From Eledone cirrhosa (lineage: Eukaryota), in assembly GCA_964016885.1 (NCBI GenBank), contig CAXHJY010000647.1:1-24888 (forward strand): a stretch of DNA of 24,888 nucleotides, in the 5' to 3' direction. The notes beneath the pieces were generated by a model that saw nothing but the letters and a program-made list of their open reading frames with translations, ran no database searches and was not told the origin of the DNA. Positions within the stretch are counted from its first letter, which is position 1. Each line of letters starts with the position of its first letter. The position numbers and the translations under genes were made by a program. Shown in pieces: positions 12,353-24,888 of this stretch.

Positions 12353-12937
12353 GGGTCACCAGTTGGTGCTACTGGTAACATGTATCCCAGTACAACCTGT
12401 TTCATGGTCGGGTCGTTGGCGACTAAACTGGCAACCCCACCAGGTTTTCTTGGTGAGGAGGGTGACTTTGGACATCCTGCAGGACTAAAAACAAAACCTG
12501 TCAAAGGGCAAAGGAGCTCTTAAAAGTCAATGGCCATCCAAAATCACCGGGAGAGATGACCCCTTAGCCTTTGTCAAGGCAGAATTCTAGGAGAAGGAAA
12601 ACTCTGATATAACACCTGCAACCCTGATGGTATCCAATGATGTTGACTTGTTCTTCTTTTTGGTAAATATCATCTTGGTTAAGAGAGTGGAACTGGCTTT
12701 GTGCAGTGCCTTTGCTCACTATAAAAGCTTCACGGCACAGGCATTGCTTTATATCTGGAGATCTCTCTGCACTTGTCGTCACATGGTACCATGGGCCCAG
12801 CACTGTGTGTCAATAATTGTCACAGGTGTAGTGTTTGTACCAGAGTTTTCAAGTCGCTGGCTGAACTCCCATCGGTAGGGGTTCTCCTACATGGATATAA
12901 AGTAGTGGCCGTACTCGAAAACGAGGTGGCAGCCCCC
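12353..12937 (+). mobile_element. Short non-autonomous RTE-derived retroposon (5' UTR joined to 3' end) within (TATG)n
   Basis: RTE-like 5' UTR motif ctaggagaaggaaaactctg, a CSVCTRVFKS zinc-finger remnant near the 3' end, a terminal hairpin ctcg-aaaa-cgag, and (ATGT)n on both flanks. Confidence 0.65.
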
Positions 12938-13153
12938 ATGTATGTATGTATGTATGTATGTATGTATGTATGTATGTATGTATGTATGTATGTATGTATG
13001 TATGTATGTTATTGTTTTATAATTTTATAAAATGTTAAACCTAGAATAACATACATACATACGTACGTATGTATGTGTAGATGTACGTATGGATGTATAG
13101 ATGTATGCACAGATATGTATGCAAATATATATATATATATATATAATATCATA

Positions 13154-13478
13154 CACGGAACAAAAGCGCTACCTTAAGTTTCAAGGACTAATTTTGACCC
13201 TCTACCTGGATTGTAAGAGTGATAAAATTTGTAAAATAGTCAACTGCCGCTCGTACGAGATATAATAATATGAAACCCATTTAAGAAAACGTAGTCTAAC
13301 AAAGGGAAACAACTCAAAGTTGCAAAATTGACTTTAATATTCATTTCTATAATACTTTCTTAACCTTTTAAATTCGTCCAAGTGCCTGATGAATAAATCA
13401 CAAGTTTGGTCGCCCTAACAATCTTGGAAGATGGTGAAAATTGGGACTTGAAACCTTAGGTAGCGTATTTGTTTCGTG
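13154..13478. mobile_element. Old MITE with ~32-bp imperfect TIRs (possibly Tc1/mariner-type)
   Basis: cacggaacaaaagcgctaccttaagtttcaag versus the reverse complement of the right end, cacgaaacaaatacgctacctaaggtttcaag. Left flank is TA, right flank is CA. Confidence 0.55.
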
Positions 13479-13498
13479 CATGAACATTATTAAATAAT

Positions 13499-13684
13499 TG
13501 TTTCTATTTTGGCACAAGGCCAGCAAATACCCAGTACATTACTGGTACTTTATTTTATCGACCCCGTAAGGATGAAAGGCAAAGTTAACCTCGGTGGGAT
13601 TTGAACTCAGATCATAAAAGGACGTAACTCTGTGCTTCAAAGCATGGCGTCCGTCCCTCTACCGATACTGCCTATCCACCGGCC
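13499..13684 (-). mobile_element. tRNA-derived SINE, full length, with 12-bp TSD
   Basis: Same family. ttattaaataat occurs at 13487-13498 and 13685-13696. Confidence 0.9.
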
Positions 13685-13769
13685 TTATTAAATAATATGT
13701 TAAAATTGTGAAACCTGATTGAGACCTATTTTCGCTTTTCCTTTTTTACATCCACCTATATTTTACTAA

Positions 13770-13778
13770 ACAGACACA

Positions 13779-13852
<74 letters not shown>

Positions 13853-13896
13853 GACACGCAGACACACGCACACAGCCTTACACACACACACACACA
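13770..13896. repeat. (CA)n microsatellite
   Basis: Directly visible. Confidence 0.95.
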
Positions 13897-14185
13897 TATT
13901 TATATATATATATATATTCTATGCCCTAGCCTGGTTAAACTTTGAAAACTTAGGTAGCATGCATTTGTATTGAGATCTTATTCATATAATATATTTTAGA
14001 TCTGGACATTATATAAAGTGCTTTCTTTCCTTCAGAAACTCTTGGCACTATATGTATCCGTTCGTTGTTGACGGCGGAATGTATGAAGTACTCAATACCG
14101 AAGTATGAACAATTTCACATGCATACACGCAAACATCTACACATATATACATCTAAATCCACATATGCAGGTGCTTACAGATACG

Positions 14186-14266
<81 letters not shown>

Positions 14267-14273
14267 GTATATA

Positions 14274-15106
14274 GGCATTGGTAAAATATAACGTCCGGGA
14301 AAGTGAAACTAATTTTTATGACAAGTGAATGTGTTTTTTTTTTTTTTTTTTACACTGAAAATTACGATACAGTTTGTTTATTTACAACAGGTCTCTATAG
14401 TGATATGGTGTTAATTAGTATTGCGTGTGTGATTATTTTCTCTTATATATATATATGTGTGGGTGTGTATATGTGTGTATATATATGTGTGTCTGTATGT
14501 ATATATATATATGTGTGTTTGTATATATATATGTGTTTGTGTCATCATCATCGTTTAGATGTTTTTGTAATATCTTGCCAAAGTTGGCACCAACTTTCTG
14601 TCCCCCAAAGAAATTAAGGCCGGGTCATAAGAAGGACAGAGAATGATAAAGGATTTGGGTCAGAGATATTGAGGAAATTCAAGGTGGCATTTACCTCCAT
14701 GATGTTGTTGTGCACCAACGGAACTTTGTCGATCCTGAAGACCCTAATGTGCACACACAACTCATAGAGAACACTTGGAGCCGTGCGAAGAAAAAGCTCC
14801 GTCGACAACATGGGACAAGCGACGATTTATTCCCCTCGTATTTAGCTGAATTTCTTTGGCGGCAGAGAGTTGGTGCCAACAAATTTGGCGAGATGATCAA
14901 CTGTATTTCAGCTATTTATACGGTCTAATAAGGATGTTGATAAGGTAAGTATAGGATGTTGATAAGGTAAGTATAATTTTCCGTACACACAATGCACAAA
15001 AAAAGAAAAAGAAAAAATAATCACACACGCAATACTAAAAAACAAACACATTCACTTGTCATAAAAATTAGTTTCACTTTCCCGGACGTTATATTTTACC
15101 AATGCC
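14274..15106 (+). mobile_element. Non-autonomous Merlin (IS1595/ISXO2-like) DNA transposon
   Basis: 63-bp perfect TIRs starting GGCATTGG, a 9-bp TSD acgtatata (14265-14273, 15107-15115), an internal transposase remnant and a 22-bp tandem duplication at 14931-14974. Confidence 0.9.
14662..14928 (+). pseudogene. C-terminal fragment of an ISXO2/IS1595-type (Merlin) DDE transposase
   Basis: RDIEEIQGGIYLHDVVVHQRNFVDPEDPNVHTQLIENTWSRAKKKL...YLAEFLWR matches the H..NFVDP...HTQ.IE..W...YL.EF.WR signature. Confidence 0.88.
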
Positions 15107-15221
15107 ACGTATATATATATATATATACGTATATATACGTATATATATATATATATATATATACGTATATATATATATTATATGCGTATATATATATTAT
15201 ATATGCGTATTTATATATAAA

Positions 15222-15456
15222 TATAACTTTGATAACTTTGATAGGTTTCGGCCAGTGTTGGCCCAGGGCATGTCTAACTTAATAGCACCACCTGGCGAAG
15301 TCTTACAAATCAGTATTTGGGCACCATGGCCCACTCGAGCAGAGAGTTATTGTTTACGGAGGCATATCCGGGTGTAGGAGGGTTATCCGGGATTTCTTGA
15401 AGGAATTTATCCAAAGAATTCTTGAACTTGATGGGGTCTGTCTCTGCTTTGATGTG
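15222..15456 (-). mobile_element. 3' terminus of a CR1/L2-group LINE
   Basis: [37 protein letters not shown], stop at 15310, a short 3' UTR and a tandem tail (tatcaaagt)2. Confidence 0.7.
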
Positions 15457-15478
15457 TATATAATATATATATGTGTTT

Positions 15479-15528
<50 letters not shown>

Positions 15529-15669
15529 TATTATATATATATACACACATATATATTATATATGCGTATATATACACGCATATATATTATATATGCGTAT
15601 ATATATATATATTATATATATGCGTATATATATAAATATATGTGTGTGTGTGTATATATATATATATAC

Positions 15670-15868
15670 AAATGGAAGTACAGCATATTTGAAGCTCGAG
15701 CCGCAGCTAAGCCGACGAATACATTCAGAAGTGCAGCCAAGCACTCGACAAGGTATAAAACCTTAGAGTAATAACATACAGTTTAAAGTGCTTTGCAAAT
15801 TGAAGATAGCGACCTTTTATTCAGTCGCGGGGTCTGTAGCAACGAAAGAACTGACTCGCGAGAAAAAA

Positions 15869-15900
<32 letters not shown>

Positions 15901-16399
15901 ACAAACCTGGACCATCACTTCGATATTTTGCAATATCTCAGTTAGGTTTCTGTAAATCCGAAATCAAGGAAGTCCGCTTGTAGTGTATGCAAGTTAAGTT
16001 TCTGGAAGATCGAACAGTGGATTTACTTTCTCAACAGGCTTTCGTTCTGATGCCAGTCCGGTTGTGAGGGCACATGTTACTCCAAAGGGCGCTAACCCCG
16101 GTTTATGGCGGTCAAATTGAAATTATGAGCAATGGAATAAGTTCCGTACACAAACAGAATTAAGCACTCAACCAGACCGTTATTAAACAAAAATAAATAA
16201 TTAACCAATCAATAGAATTGTCTAATTAAATTAATCAATTAATCATTAGGTCTAAGAGATAGTAGTAGAAATGAAAGTACAGCATATTCGAAGCACAAGC
16301 CGCAGTTAAGCCAACGAATGCATTCAGAAATGCAGCCAAGCACTCGACAAGGTATAAAACCTCTGAGTAATAACATACAGTTTAAAGGGCTTTGCAAAT

Positions 16400-16402
<3 letters not shown>
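15670..16402. repeat. Pair of 134-bp direct repeats (15670-15803, 16269-16402)
   Basis: Colinear, about 11 mismatches by eye, no indels. Confidence 0.9.
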
Positions 16403-16444
<42 letters not shown>

Positions 16445-16482
16445 TATTGTTTTGTTATGTAATAAACAACATTAGACAATTA

Positions 16483-16555
16483 TTCCATTTACCAAAGATT
16501 TCACGAAGATAGACGAGCTCGACACAGACGTCTGAAATCGTTTATCAGAATGAAA
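16483..16555 (-). ncRNA. Type I hammerhead-like motif with one core substitution
   Basis: tttcatt-CTGATAA-acga..agacg..cgtct..tcgt-GAAA-tctttgg-TA-aatggaa: stems I-III pair, with CTGATAA in place of CTGATGA. Confidence 0.6.
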
Positions 16556-16905
16556 TTTTATTTGAAGAGGAAGTGAGATATGGATTTCAAAACAAAGCCC
16601 AAAACAATTGACAGCGAGGTTGATATAAAATAAAATAAGGGACGTTATGTAATTGGGAAAAATAATAAATAAATATATATATATATATAAATATACACAT
16701 ACATATATAAACATCTACCTACGCATATACACATAACATACACACATACACATAAACACATATACATGTACACACACACACATATACATACACATATGCA
16801 TAGATACATACACACGTACATATAAATATATATAGACGCACGCGTATACATACGTACACATGCACCCATATATACAAATATCTATCTATCTCTCTCTCTA
16901 TATAT

Positions 16906-17135
16906 ATATCAATGATATTAATAAATGGAAACTATATTTATTCTATTATATATATTTCAAGGGTACCAAAACTTTGGTACGCTCTCATCAGATAAAATAC
17001 AAAATTTGTTTTATAAATAGTGACATACCCAGGAATCAGACGTTAACGGTTCAGGTTCCGTAACCCTTGAAATATATATAATAGAATAAATATGGTTTTA
17101 TAAATATAGTTTCCATTTATTAATATCATTGATAT
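16906..17135. repeat. Inverted repeat around a hammerhead (PLE-like inverted pLTR)
   Basis: 16906-16964 is mirrored at 17063-17135 with a short insertion in the right arm. Confidence 0.85.
16939..16999 (-). ncRNA. Type I hammerhead ribozyme, intact core
   Basis: tattttat-CTGATGA-gagcgtaccaaa-gt-tttggtaccctt-GAAA-tatata-TA-atagaata. Confidence 0.85.
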
Positions 17136-17833
17136 TATACTACAGAAAACTTTTCGAGTGCTTCGAATCTGTTATAAATATATTTGTTGAATTACCAACA
17201 AATTGCTGATGTCAATATTATAAGTAATTTTGGTAAAGATTACCTTCGTAGGGATATAAAACTATATATATATACATATTTTCTTTCTCGTGTTTCGCAA
17301 ATCCTTTAAATTTGTTTTCATTAAATTTGAATTTTAGAAATTTAACATAATTATATTATAATATTAATACAAATATCTATTAACTTTTGAAACCTAAAAT
17401 ATGATTCTCTACCTTGAAATAACATAAATTAAATATTTTGAAAATTAACCGCCAACTATATTATATACAAATCTGTGTGTATAGAAACTTGAACATAAAT
17501 TACTCCCCTTTTGTCTCTCTCTCTCTTTAATCAACTTTCATCTGTCTTCTCAAGCCACATACTAAATATGTCATCACATCAGCTGTTTCTTCCTCTAAGT
17601 TTTCCTTTCCCTCCTCTTTCTCTAGTAGTTTTTAAAAATTAAAAAAATTTATAACTGTTATATTGATGCTATGTGTTTCTTAAAATATATTACTCGCAAC
17701 CTCTCTATTGTTTGTATTACGTTATCTCATGTTCTCAATATTAGGGTATAAATATTGAGTTTTGTCATAAGTTAATCACTACCTTGATTAAATCTTAACC
17801 ATCTACCATATCAGGGTATGTCATGTATCATTT

Positions 17834-17900
17834 TATTTTATCTGATGAGGAGGTACTGTTGAACTTAATTCAGTACCTCTGAAATATGTTTAATAAAATA
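17834..17900 (+). ncRNA. Type I hammerhead ribozyme, intact core
   Basis: tattttat-CTGATGA-g-gaggtactg-ttgaacttaatt-cagtacctc-t-GAAA-tatgtt-TA-ataaaata: 8-bp stem I and 9-bp stem II. Confidence 0.85.
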
Positions 17901-17952
17901 TCATTGATCACAAGAATATCTATGTTGTTAATATTTTGAATTAATATCTTTG

Positions 17953-17992
<40 letters not shown>

Positions 17993-18376
17993 GACGCACA
18001 TACACATGTATATGAATACACACATACATATATACGCATATACATATGTACATACACACACATACACTCACATACATACGCACACATATAAAAGATACAG
18101 TCAAAATCACTTTACAGTAGAAATATAAGCAGGCAAGCAAAAAACTTAAAAATATGAAAGTAAAAATAAAAATGAATGCACGTGATGAAAGCACAGTAAT
18201 AGACAAAAACAAAAACAAAAACAAATAAATAAAAATAACATTTTCATAAGAGGGGTAAATAGAAGTATATACATATATAAATATATACACACACATATAC
18301 ATACAGGCTCACGCCAACATACATAAAAATATACACTCACATATACATATATATGTATATACACATACATACCATA

Positions 18377-18436
<60 letters not shown>

Positions 18437-18475
18437 GAGAGAGAGAGAGAGAAGTAGGGTTCCGGTAAAGAAATA

Positions 18476-18567
18476 ATTGTTTCTACTTTTGGCACAAGAC
18501 TGGGATAATTGCTGAATTATCCCAGTGTATTACTGGTACTTTATTTTATCGACCCCGTAAGGATGAA
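18476..18567 (-). mobile_element. 5'-truncated SINE
   Basis: 3' portion of the same SINE family. Confidence 0.85.
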
Positions 18568-18579
18568 TAAATAAAGAAA

Positions 18580-24888
<6,309 letters not shown>

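Noticed and set aside
13380-13450. CTGATGA...GAAA inside the MITE
   Set aside because: No stem II, a poor cleavage triplet and a mismatched stem I; likely chance.
14662-14928. Bacterial IS1595 contamination or horizontal transfer
   Set aside because: It is embedded in eukaryotic microsatellites with a related MITE nearby; the eukaryotic Merlin superfamily explains it.
14931-14974. 22-bp repeats as a CRISPR-like array
   Set aside because: Only two adjacent copies with no spacers, inside a transposon.

Overview
Eukaryotic, extremely AT-rich non-coding DNA with no intact host gene. The SINE sequences and (TA)n load suggest a mollusc, probably an octopod cephalopod (inference). About half the window is (TA)n-type microsatellite, including a 6.3 kb terminal block with an apparent ~3.5 kb higher-order duplication, and all IYIY-type ORFs are artefacts of it. 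Transposon relics lie between the microsatellites: a Penelope-like RT fragment, seven copies of one tRNA-derived SINE, a CORE-type SINE, RTE and CR1-type LINE fragments, a solo LTR, a Merlin/IS1595-like element with a 9-bp TSD, a related foldback MITE and a second MITE. The most notable signal is a high density of small self-cleaving ribozyme motifs. There are four type I hammerheads with intact cores (two of them the mirror copies in a 390-bp palindrome), three with single core substitutions and one atypical candidate, several embedded in inverted or tandem Penelope-pLTR-like structures. An HDV-like candidate sits at the 5' end of a short RTE derivative.
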